NCBI RefSeq assembly: GCF_039654945.1
Contig: NW_027361738.1
Span: forward strand, 81,840,001 to 81,904,000
Origin: Dendrobates tinctorius
Lineage: Eukaryota
Length of the DNA stretch: 64,000 nt
Direction: 5' to 3'
Part shown: positions 50,020-62,000 of the stretch, in pieces
How positions within the stretch are numbered: the first letter of the stretch is position 1
How the letters are laid out: every line of letters starts with the position of its first letter
Made by a program: the position numbers and the translations under genes
The notes under the pieces: generated by a model
Seen by the model: the letters and a program-made list of their open reading frames with translations, nothing else
Database searches by the model: none
Told to the model about the DNA's origin: nothing

Positions 50020-53000
50020 CAAATTAACCCTTTCCACTTTCTTATTAATATAAAAAATTAGAATTTATTAAAATATAAAATTATTTCACTTTTACTCGTA
50101 CACTTTTACCCTCCTTTAAAAAGCAATCAAAACATCCAGTGTATCCCAAAAACTTTCAATAAAGATATCCACTCTGCACACAAAGAAACAATCTCTTCCC
50201 CAGCGCCATTTACATACAATTGAAAAGTCCCAGAAAATGGCAGCACAAACCAAACTTTTAATTTACGGTGTTTATTTTAGAAATGTATGATTTTTTTTTT
50301 TTTCTCTAATAAAATATTACAATAATATGTAAGTTTGGTTTCCCCGTAGGTAGAAGAGTCATGGTGTTGCATCTTTTTTTTTACTGCCTCATGAATGCCA
50401 TAAAATAAAAAGAGCAAAAAAAAAAAAATACAATGGTGGAATTGCATTTTTTTTTTTCACCATTTTACTGCATTTGGATTTTTTCCCCTCAGTTTTTCAG
50501 TACATTATATAGCTATATATGGTATTTATTCAAATTTCAGCTCGTCCTGCTAAAAAATAAATAAATCCGCATACACCTATGATTAAAAAAAAAAAAAAAA
50601 AACGACTTATGGCTCTTGGAAGAAGGGGAGGAAAAAGTGAACGCTCAAAAATGAAAATTGGCCGGTGTGGTAGGGGTTAATATAACATACAAGAAAATTA
50701 TCTCTTTGACTCTATAGCCAAGGAGTGCGGTCACGGGAGTTCCTGCCGTGGCTAAATTTGTCTCGGTAACATTGGAGATCCATAGCTTCCCGTGAGCCTC
50801 ATGACCACAATGACAAAGTCAATGTTCAGAGTCTGATTTATGACATATCATACAGTGGTATTAACCTCTGTGTGTTCTCAGGAGCTGCATGCGTCTGCCC
50901 TTGAAATGCACCTTCTGGACCAGATCCGGATAGTTTACCCCAAGGCCGTGTTTCCAGTGTGGGTGGATCTGCACACGTGTATATACATTCAGATAGGTGA
51001 GTAGTAATGTGTAGCCTATAGACCAACATATTCCCTTCTATACGCAGCAATAAATATCTGGAAGCCCTGGAATAGAACGATCTCCTGCTTCATATCTTTG
51101 ACCTCTTGCTTACATAAGTTCCGTCTCTATGGGTCCATTCTGACCTAGATGTATACATGATGTATATTGGCTTGCGTCACCTATGGCCTCCAATCCTGCA
51201 TGCATCCCCTCTTATAACTTCTACATTGATTTTCCCTTAGGGAAAATAAAGGATACTGTTCTACACTAGTCAGACGTATTGTATATGGTTGTGGCGTATG
51301 AATCGTTTATAATATTCTATGAGCAGGTTCGGCCGATATGTCTGGGGTCGATTCCATTGCATTAATTATTTATGGTTCCGTCAAAAAACTAAACAGTTTG
51401 ACTATGGTTTTCTTATAAGGAAATCGCTATCAGAAAAATTACCTATCTTTTAAATCTGATTTTTATCTTACTTTTTTTTCTTTTAAATTGAAGTTCAGAA
51501 ATCTTGTAATTTTGACACTGTTCACTAGCTCTAGTACTAGACATATATTTCATGTTATGTACAGATTTATTTTCACCAGTTTAATTGTTAAAATGAATGA
51601 TAACACCTTCATATACAGGAGGTAAAACAGGATCCACCTTTCACAATAGGTGATGTTACAGCTCACCTCCTCCTCCTGTGCAATGACTGATAACATCTCT
51701 ATATACAGTAGATAACACAGGACCCACCATTCACAATATGTGATGTCACAGCTCACCTCCTCCTCTTGTACAATGACTGCTAACACCATTATATACAGCA
51801 GATAACACAGGATCCATCATCCACAATAGGTGATGTCACCTCTCACCTCCTCTACAGTGACCTCTATAAACAGGAGATAACACATGTGATGTCACCGCTG
51901 TGTGTTTGTAATAAGTATTTATATGATTGACAGGGTGATGGTAATCTCTGTACAGCGCTGCAGAATATGTTGGTGCTATATAAACAAGGTGGGAGTAAAA
52001 ACATTTTACACTCATGAAAAACTTTTTTCTCTCCAGGAGCTTTGACTCCGGCTGCAAGCTATGGTCGACTAGAACCTCTGACAGAGTTAATCGTGACTCC
52101 GAAAAACAGAACTGCTGAGAATGTTTTGTCACATATGCCCCCTGCAGAATATGATCTTGGATCCCATAGAACAACTCGTGGAACCACAAGTAGCAGCGAT
52201 ACGTCTTCACTCAAAGACAGGAGTGAAACCTCTGAAATGCCCCCTCCGGAGGACTCCAGTATATGGGACTCTTTAGGAAATCTCTTTTCTTGGGCTTTGG
52301 GAAAAAATCCCTCTAAGACTCATCGCGTCCTCGACAAGGACGTCTTTGGGAGGACTGTGCTGAAAAGCGTTAGCCTAGGAGCGGTTTTCCGAGTCTCCCG
52401 CCATGTTCATCCCATCATAAGAAATAGCCGAGCGTTCCTAGACCATACAGATGAGAACACAGTTCAGGTTTTTCTATGGTATCCAGAGCCTCCAGGTTTA
52501 CTTCCAGACGTGGTTGTATCCTATGGGACAATTGTCGAAATCCCTTCTCCTAAGAGACGAAAAAAAAGGAGTAGCAAGTCGAGTGTGGAGCGATCTGACG
52601 GGAAGAATGAGGAGGCCGTGAAGATACCTGAAGCCGTGGTGAAGATTGTGTGGCACGGGTTTGAGGATATCAAAGACGTCATTGACTATGACACCAGAAA
52701 TGGAAATACACACATTGCAAAAGTTTGGGTCAGTGACTACAACGACCGTCCAATAATTGTTGTTAAATAAGTCGCTGTATAGTTTAGCGTTGTTACAGGG
52801 TTCCTTATCCCCTTCCTGATCCAAGACCTATTATGATGTCTTGAAGGGGATTCAGGAGTTGAGCCCGCACTACACAGGGCTGATTCAGGCTGTGCTTTAC
52901 AGCCGTCACCTGACTCTAACAGCAGGGATCAGAGATAGCTCTGATCTCTGCCGTTTAACCTCCTGTAGTCGTGGAGTGCCCATGGGTTTCAGTGGCAGCC

Positions 53001-56000
53001 TGGCCCCTGTAAAGCCCAGCCACATGTCGTGATTTTTACTATATACTGCAACACTGAAGTATATATTTCTATACATGTTTAAAAATTTTTTTAAAAACTT
53101 ATTTTTTTTTATTTAGCCCCTATAGGGGACTTGCACCTGCTAGTGATATATACTCAATTGTAATATATACTCCAATTCTTCACTATTGCAGTATATATCA
53201 TAAACAATCAAAGAATCTTAGGTTCAAGTCCCCTATGGGGGCTAAAAAATAAAGTAAAAAAAAACCCAACAAATTATAGGGGCAATGAGCAACTATTCTA
53301 ATTTTTTTTTGAATCAGTGTTGATAAATTTAAGCCTTTGGACCTCATGTATCAATACTATTTAAAAAAAAAACTGTCCTGGCTGCAAGCAATCACAATAC
53401 AGCTTTAATTTTTGCAGAGCAGTTTAATTAATGAAATCTCAGTTCTGATTGGAAGCTGTGGGCAATAAGGCCATTTTTTTTTTCTGTTGGATAGTATTGT
53501 GAATTTAATTAAAATATTTAATTCTTCACAGTATAGAATATTTCTGATTGCTGTCAGTGAAAACATTTTTTCTCTATCGCTTCATTGGGGGACACAGAGA
53601 CCATGGGTGTATGCTGCTGCCACTAGGAGGCTGACACTATGCACAAAAAAGGTTAGCTCCTCCTCCGCAGTGTACACCCCACCGACCGGCAGGAAATTCC
53701 TCAGTTTAGCTTAGTGTCAGTAGGAGGTGGACACGGGTCTTTCATTAGACCCATATGTACCTCGATGTGCGTCGTTTCTTTTCAGGTTTTTCCGGAGGGA
53801 TACAGTGTGAAGAGTCACAACTGTAGTCCCACAAAGAGACTATGAGTACGGCATGTACTGCCACCCCGTATCCTCATAGCTCTCAGTGGCGGGACCACAG
53901 CTTAGCACGGGTGCATGCCAGCGATCCGGAGAGTCCTCGCCCCCCGCCTTCCACCCACTCGCCTATCAGAGCCTGTCGGTCGGGTGAGGCGCGGATACCA
54001 CAAAAGACGCAGACAGCGTGGGATACATCAGGTACCTTTATTGCAGACGGATCACAGGGTGAGTATGCAGTCCAAGTCGTGGCCCTCTGGCGGTTTCAGG
54101 AATCTTGGGAGTGGTCGCCAGGGGAGCACTGTAGGGTCTCTGCGCCGCCCGCTCCTCCCAGCGGCCGCCGCATCCGTACAGGCCCCGGCTGTTGCACGGG
54201 CCTTGTTCTGCGCTTCCCCACCTCCTTCTTTCTTCGGCGTTCGGCGGCGGTAGCGCAGGAATCTAGCGGCAATAAGTAGGGAGGTGGCCGCGGCGATGCT
54301 GCGAGACCTCCGCGCCGACCCGCGCTGACAGGCGGCTGCCGCCATTAATTTAGTCCCCGGCTTCATTTCGGGCCTTCTCTGACGTTGCGGCCACGCCCCC
54401 CGCTCTCTCTCATAGGCGGGATTCTCTCCCGCCCGTTCTAGGACCACCTACCGCCTCTCAGAGCCTGTGGGGGGCAGCGGGCGGTACCTTCCTTGGCTCA
54501 GCAGCTAGCTCCGCCCATCCTCGTGTGAAGGCGCGCGTTTATCCACAGGCTGCCGCCATTTTCTCAGCCTGTCAGCCGGACACAGGGATCCCACGTTCTA
54601 CTCTGCTGAGGCCTTGCTCCTTCAGACGAGCTGTGTATCAGCACTTTTGGGGACACCAGATCGTGAGTATCTCTGCAACTGCAGACTGACACCCTCCTCT
54701 GCCTTCTGTCCCCCAACCTTCCGGCATTTCTTCAGGGTCCTTCCTTTCTTCCTTCATTATGCCTAACTCTAAAGCTGAGCGTGGCCGCCCACCGGCCCAC
54801 ACGGGTTCTCTAGTCCAGTTCTTCGCTTGCGTCTGCGTGGACTGCAGCAATCCCATTCGGCATGACACGGTCCAGGAGCCATCTAATGCGCCACGTGAAA
54901 GCGAACCCCCCCCATTCCTGGTTGGGACTCGTCTCTTTCTCAATCTGTGGCAGACCTCACCAGGGTGTCTCAGTCCCTAGTAGCCGTCCTTGATAAGTTG
55001 CCCCTGGACCCTTCTGCAGGGTCCAGCAGGTCACATGAAGCTCCATCTGAGCCAGGCAGCAGAAGCCGCAAAAGACCCAGACAGGATCTCCGGCCGGGAT
55101 CCCCTCCTGACCTCACATCCCCACATAGTCCTTCCCAGCAGTCGCCCTCCCGTGCCTCCTCACCCGAGTCAGGTGAAGCGTTCTCGGATGTGTCATCCGA
55201 AGAGATCTTAGAGCTGGATTCGGACCAGGACGCGGACATGAAGGTTATGGTACAGAACCTCATTGCTGCGATTAACACACCTTCAAAATCTCAGACTTCC
55301 CTGCGAAATCCTCAGAACAGGAGGTTTTCGTTCAGACGGGCAGAAACACCTGCCAGGGTCTTCGCCTCCCACTCTAAGTTTGGCAAGATCCTTACCAGGG
55401 ATAGAGAAAATCCGACCAGGCGATTTCAAAGAGGGAAGCGCCTCGGCGTGCTGTACCCGTCTGCCAAAGAGCTCACCGACAACTGGTCCGCTTCCCCCTC
55501 GGTAGACGCACCCGTGTCCAGACTGTCTAACAACACGGTCCTCCCGATTTCAGGTGTGGCGTCACTAAAGGATTCTAATGATAGAATTATAGAATCTTTA
55601 GCAAAGTCAACATTCAAAGCGGCTGCAGCGGTGCTAAGCCCAGCCTTCGCTTCATCTTGGGTAGCGAAGGCCATAGCCACTTGAGCAGAGGATCTCCGCC
55701 AGGGCATCCTAGATAAGGCCCAACCAGAGCAATTGGCTGAACTAGCCAACCAGATCTCCCATGCAGGGGATTATCTGCTCTCGGCCTCCTTGGATGCCAC
55801 GTCTTGCGCAGTCCAGGCGTCTAGCAACCTTGTGGCAATCCGACGTACAATTTGGCTCAAGGCTTGGCAGGCGGATTTGTCTTCGAAAAAGTCCCTTACC
55901 AATCTGCCTTTTCAGGGAGCGCGTCTCTTCGGGTCCCAGCTGGACCAGATTATTAAAGACGCCACTGGAGGCACGAGTTCCCTCCTCCCTCAGTCCAAAC

Positions 56001-59000
56001 CTCGCAGACCTCCGCTAAGACGTCAGTTTCGGCCCTTTCGGTCTTTCCGCCGTTTCAATACAGCAGACAATTCCTCTAACCAACAGAGAGCGCAGGCACG
56101 CCTTCAGACCCACTCCCTCCCGGCGATCTCACACCTCCCAGGGCAGATCCTCCAGATCTGGACGGTCCACATCAGCATGACTATCAACGAACTCCCGAGG
56201 GTCCCTCCCAATTGGGAGGTCAACTCCTCTTCTTCAGAGACTCCTGGCTTGCTTCAGTAGAGGACGCTTGGGTCAGGGAAGTTGTATCATCAGGATACAA
56301 GATAGAGTTCGTTTCTCGTCCCCGGGATCGTTTCTTCGAGTCCCGACCTCCAAAAGATCCTGCCTTAGTTCCAGGGTTCTTTGCGTCCATCGCCTCTCTC
56401 CTCAGTTCCGGAGTGATTGTGCCCGTTCCCGAATCAGAACCTTTCACAGGGTTTTATTCAAACCTGTTTGTGGCGCCGAAAAAAGGCAGTACAGTTCGCC
56501 CCATCTTGGACCTCAAGTTACTCAACAAGAGAGTCCGACTGCGTCATTTTCGAATGGAGTCTCTTCGGTCGGTAATCGCTTCCATGGAGACGCAGGAGTG
56601 CATGCGTTCAATAGACATTCAAGATGCCTATCTACATGTTCCCATATTCTCCGGCCATCAGAAATTCCTGCGTTTTGCGATTCGCGAGGAGCAGTACCAG
56701 TTTGTTGCACTGCCGTTCGGTCTCGCCACCGCACCCAGAGTATTTACAAAGATCATGGCGGCGTTGATGGCCTTGTTAAGAATCAGAGGTCTCGTTCTTT
56801 TTCCGTACCTCGACGACATTCTGATCAAAGCTCCATCCTTTCATCAAGCTCACCACAGTCTTACCATCGTCCTCGACACCTTGTCCAATATCGGGTGGCT
56901 CTTCAACAAAAAGAAGTCCTGCCTTGTTCCGACACAACGCCTTGTGTTTCTGGGTCTATTGTTCGACACTCGTCGATCGAGGGTTTTTCTCCCACGAGAA
57001 AAGATTTGCTCCCTGCAGCAGGATGTACGATCGCTGCAGATCATACGACTTCCATCTCTCCGGACAACCATGAAAGTCCTGGGAAAGATGGTGGCGGCGA
57101 CAGAGGCAGTTCCCTTTGCCCAATTTCACTCCAGACCTCTCCAACACGCCATCCTGTCTCGGTGGAACAGGTCTGTTCTTTCCCTGGACTGCCCATTTCG
57201 TCTTTCATACCGGGTCAAGCAGTCCCTCAATTGGTGGCTGACGTCTCCTCTCATCTCCCTAGGACGGTCATTCCTTCCCATCCACTGGCAGATTGTGACA
57301 ACGGATGCCAGCCTCCTCGGTTGGGGGGCAGTGTTCCGTAATCACACTGTTCAGGGTCGATGGTCGACTCAGGAGTCAGCTCTGCCGATCAACGTCCTCG
57401 AGATACGAGCGATTTATCGGTCTCTCATTCACTGGGAAAGTCTTCTCAGGGGCCTGCCTATCCGGATTCAGACAGACAATGCCACAGCGGTGGCATATGT
57501 CAACCGCCAGGGGGGGACACGGAGTGTCTCAGCCCTGGCAGAAATGTCCAAGATTCTTCATTGGGCAGAGCTTTCAGTCCCGGCAATATCCGCGGTGCAC
57601 ATCACCGGCGTGGACAACTGAGCGGCCGATTTTCTCAGCCGCAAGGGTCTCGCAGCGGTAGAGTGGTCCCTACATCCGGAGGTATTTCTTCAGCTTTGCA
57701 GTCATTGGGGAACCCCGGACGTAGACCTGCTAGCTTCTCGCCTCAACAGGAAAGTTCCACAGTTTGTATCCAGAGCTCAAGATCCTCTCACAGTGGGCGC
57801 TGACGCTCTGGCCATTCCTTGGTCGCAGTTCGAGCTACCCTACCTATTCCCTCCCCTGCCTCTTCTTCCCAGACTGTTGATGAAAATCAAGGCCGAAGGA
57901 ATTCCAGTCATTCTCATAGTCCCGAATTGGCCCAGAAGGTCTTGGTTCGCGGACATCGTCAACCTTCTCGCGGACGCCCCCTGGAAGCTTCCAGACAGGG
58001 CAGATCTGCTGTCTCAAGGTCCGATTTGCCACCCCAATTCTCGGCCGCTCAATTTAACGGCGTGGCTGTTGAAACCGAGGTTTTGAAGCGATCAGGCTTT
58101 TTGGATCGAGTTATTCATGCTATGATCCGGGCCAGAAAGCCATCGTCTTCCAAAATTTATTACCGTACCTGGAAGGCCTATTTCACTTGGTGCGAGTCCA
58201 ACGACATTCCGCCCATGCATTTTTCGCTCCCTTCTGTCCTGGCGTTTCTTCAGGCAGGGCTTGATGCAGACCTTGCCCTCAGCTCTTTAAAAGGTCAAGT
58301 TTCGGCGCTGTCCATTTTATTTCAGAAGACGTCAAGACCTTCCTTCAAGGAGTGGCTCATACGGCTCCTCCGTACCGAGCGCCCATAGATCCTTGGGATC
58401 TTAATCTGGTTCTTGAGGCTCTGCAAGGTCCTCCCTTTGAACGTCTCAGGGAAGTTTCCCTAGCCCTCCTTTCATGGAAAGTAGCCTTCCTAGTAGCCGT
58501 CACCTCCATCTGGCGCGTGTCGGAATTGGCGGCCCTCTCTTGCCGCTCTCCTTTCTTGGTACTCCACCAGGACAAGGTAGTTCTGCGGCCTCCGCCCTCT
58601 TTCCTTCCTAAAGTGGTGTCCACTTTCCACCTGAATGAGGATATTGTTCTCCCGTCCTTTTGTCCGGGTCCAACTCATCCTCGGGAGCGCTCCTTGAACA
58701 AGCTGGACTTAGTCAGGGCGATGAAGGTCTACCTAGCTAGGACGACTTCTTTGCGGAAGACAGATTCTCTCTTCATCATTCCAGATGGAGCGCGGAAAGG
58801 TCAGCCGTCCTCTAAGGCTAGTTTCACACTAGCGTTTTGGAGCGCAGCGATGGCCTGCGCACGGCCGCCGCTAAGCCCCGCCCCCTGCCGCGCCCCGCCG
58901 GTAGCTCCGCCCACCGGCGCATGACGCTGCATGCGCCCTGCGTCCCCTATCTTTATCACAGGGGGCGCAGGCCGTGCGCAGTATGCGTTTGGCGGCGCAT

Positions 59001-62000
59001 GCGTCCTTTTGACGGCGCGCCGACCTGCGCCAAACGCAACCTGCTGCATTTTGGTTGCGTCGGCGCACCGTCAAAAAGGCGCATGCGCCGCCAAACGCAT
59101 ACTGCGCACTGCCTGCGCCCCCTGTGATAAAGATAGGGGACGCAGGGCACATGCAGTGTCATGCGCCGGTGGGCGGAGCTACCGGCTGGGGCGCGGCAGG
59201 GGGCGGGGCTTAGAGGTGGCCGTGCTCAGGCCGTCGCTGCGCTCCAAAACGCTAGTGTGAAACTAGCCTAAGGCTACCATTGCTCGCTGGATCACATGGG
59301 CAATTTTGGAGGCCTACCGGGTCAAACATCGATTGGCCTCTCCGGGAATTGGAGCTCACTCTACCCGGGCAGTGAGTGCCTCCTGGGCGGTGCGCCACAG
59401 AGCCTCCGCGCTGCAGCTTTGCAAAGCTGCAACCTGGTCATTGGTTCACACATTTGTGAAATTCTACAAGGTCCACACCTACGCTTCGGCGGATGCCAGC
59501 CAAGGTAGAAGGATCCTGCAGGCAGCGGTGGTGAGTCCGCAGGCCTGATGGAAGTTTGTTTTCCCGCCCCAGGGACTGCTTTGGGACGTCCCATGGTCTC
59601 TGTGTCCCCCAATGAAGCGATAGAGAAAACAGGATTTTTGGGTTGCTTACCGTAAAATCTGTTTCTCGGAGCCTTCATTGGGGGACACAGCACCCTCCCA
59701 TTTTCTACAACTCCTGTTCTTATGTTGTTTGTTAGTTACAGTTGAGTTGTCTGTTCTGTTTTTCAATCTATTCTGTTACTTCTCCTACTGCTTTCTCACT
59801 AACTGAGGAATTCCCTGCCGGTCGGTGGGGTGTACACTGCGGAGGAGCTAACCTTTTTTGTGCATAGTGTCAGCCTCCTAGTGGCAGCAGCGTACACCCA
59901 TGGTCTCTGTGTCCCCCAATGAAGGCTCTGAGAAACAGATTTTACGGTAAGCAACCCAAAAATCCTGTTTTTGCTAATGACCGAAGGCTGAAAATCTGTC
60001 CAGAACATTTTCCCCCAAAATGACCCAAACCTGTAAGGCGATGTGCACACGCTGCGGTTTTTGCTGCGGATTTGGCCACTGCGGATCTGCAGACAATGTA
60101 CAGTACAATGTAAGTCTATAAGATTTACATTCTGCTGTGCACATGCTGCAGATTTTCAACTGTGGAAAAGCTGCTGTTTTGAATCCGCAGAAAGAATTGA
60201 CATGCCAATTCTTTCTGCGGATTCCGCTGCGGTTTGCCACCTATTCCATTGTCCAGGTGTCAAACCGCAGGGGAAAACCGCTGACCAATCCACAGGTAAA
60301 ACTGCAGGTCATTTTACCTGCGGTTTTACCAGCGGATCCGCAGATACAAACCCACGAGTGAATCCGCAGCATGTGCACGTAGCCTAAGAAACAGTTCATG
60401 GTCCAGGCTTTATACCAGATAGTGTGTTTTTTTTTTTTTTTTTTTTTTTTTCCACTATGTACCACAATACTAAAGTAATTTAGTGTACTAAAGTACTGTA
60501 TCTTCTGTTTTTCCCATCTGATCATAAAAAAAAACTTACTTGGACTCGCAGCATTGGTTAAAGTTCGATGTATGAAAATAAGAAATTAATCGATCCACGA
60601 GGTGAACTTTAATATAAAAAAAATCTGTAAAATATTCAATAAAAAGATATCAAAATGTTTTACGTACCACAAAATGGTATCAATAAAAAAACTACAGCAC
60701 ACTATGCGAGAAACGAGCACCGATGCTGCACCATTGACGGAGGAGTAAATGGGCCTCAGAAAATTGTAACAAACCAATTTTAATTATTAATTATTTTTTT
60801 TATCCACTAAAATATATTAAAAAAAAATGTACACCTTTGCAGAGATGATGAAATCGCGATTTCCAGGACCTTGGTCAATCAGTGACATCAGTATTCACAG
60901 GCCTCTCGACAGGAGCTTTGCAGACGTCCCTCCTACCTGCGGGAACACCTGGCATCTTTCTTAATTGGTAGGCCCAGCGCATCGCCATTATTGCTGTGTG
61001 ACGTTGGGCCAAGCCTACTAATCAGAAGAGGTAGCGGCCTAGGAGGTGGTTCACAGGGCTCTCATCCAGTCTAGTCCGGTCACAAACATGGCCGCTGGAC
61101 TATGCCTTTTGTTCGGCTCCCCCAGCAGTCACTCGTAATACTTCTGCAAGCCAGGTTCCTTTTTTTTTTTTTTTTTGCAGCGCCACCACAGGGTAAATGA
61201 AGTGTTACATGGTGACCATTCATATTTGTGAGTTTTCTGCATATTATAGAACAGGACGTTTCCTAACATAGTATCAGAGCAAAGTGAGGGGGAAGGACAG
61301 AGTAACTAAGTGTGGCGTCATACACATTGTGATATGATGTGACAGTATTGTGTTTCTTGATTGTATGATTTTTTTTTCCTTTATGTTGTCTTCATGCAGA
61401 TTCCTGAGAGATTAAGAAAGAACTTGAATGTTAATATATCCTCTGCTGTCAGGATACAGTCAATGGAACCCCGGCCCAAAATCCCTTCATCGATCACGCT
61501 GCAGCCCAGGCAGTGCTTGGTGAGTGGCTGGAGCATAATTGTCCCATGGAAGACGCACAGATACTGAGTTTTCGGGTAATAGCAAGTGTGGGAAATTAAT
61601 GACAAAAAAAAAGTCTGTTTTCAAATTTACCCAAGATGCACGAGCATTCTAAAAGGTTGCAGTGTAAAGCATGGAGAAAAGACATTCCCTATAAGACTGT
61701 GAGTTATATGATCCAGCAGTACAAAGTGTATTTATGTCCTCTGTTTAGGTCAGTGGCTTAATTACCCTTGCAAACTACGTACACCATGAGCAATCATCTC
61801 GCCATCTGAAGGTTTATTGTTCTTTTCCTGGGCCACGTTATTCAGATTTCAGCAATCACAGAAATGGTAAACCCTAAAATCACTTTTAATACCGTTATAA
61901 TTGTCTTTTAAAGGATAAAGAAATTACCTCTGATGAAATAAAAGCTGCGTTCAACTCATGGCTGCGCTCACACAGTACCTCGTCTTCACCGTGGATTTCA

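Larger units (their letters stand above)
53568..59972 (+). mobile_element. Full-length DIRS1-like tyrosine-recombinase retrotransposon (defective), in PEX1 intron 5
   Basis: Left ITR ~53568-53706 inverted to right ITR ~59801-59923, plus a right extension to 59972. Internal complementary region 59591-59690. Gag-like, RT/RNase H/MT-like and YR ORFs present. Confidence 0.93.

Noticed and set aside
55682-57621. Two probable TGG-to-TGA stops in DIRS as deaminase hypermutation
   Set aside because: Two events are too few, and there is no consensus to compare against.
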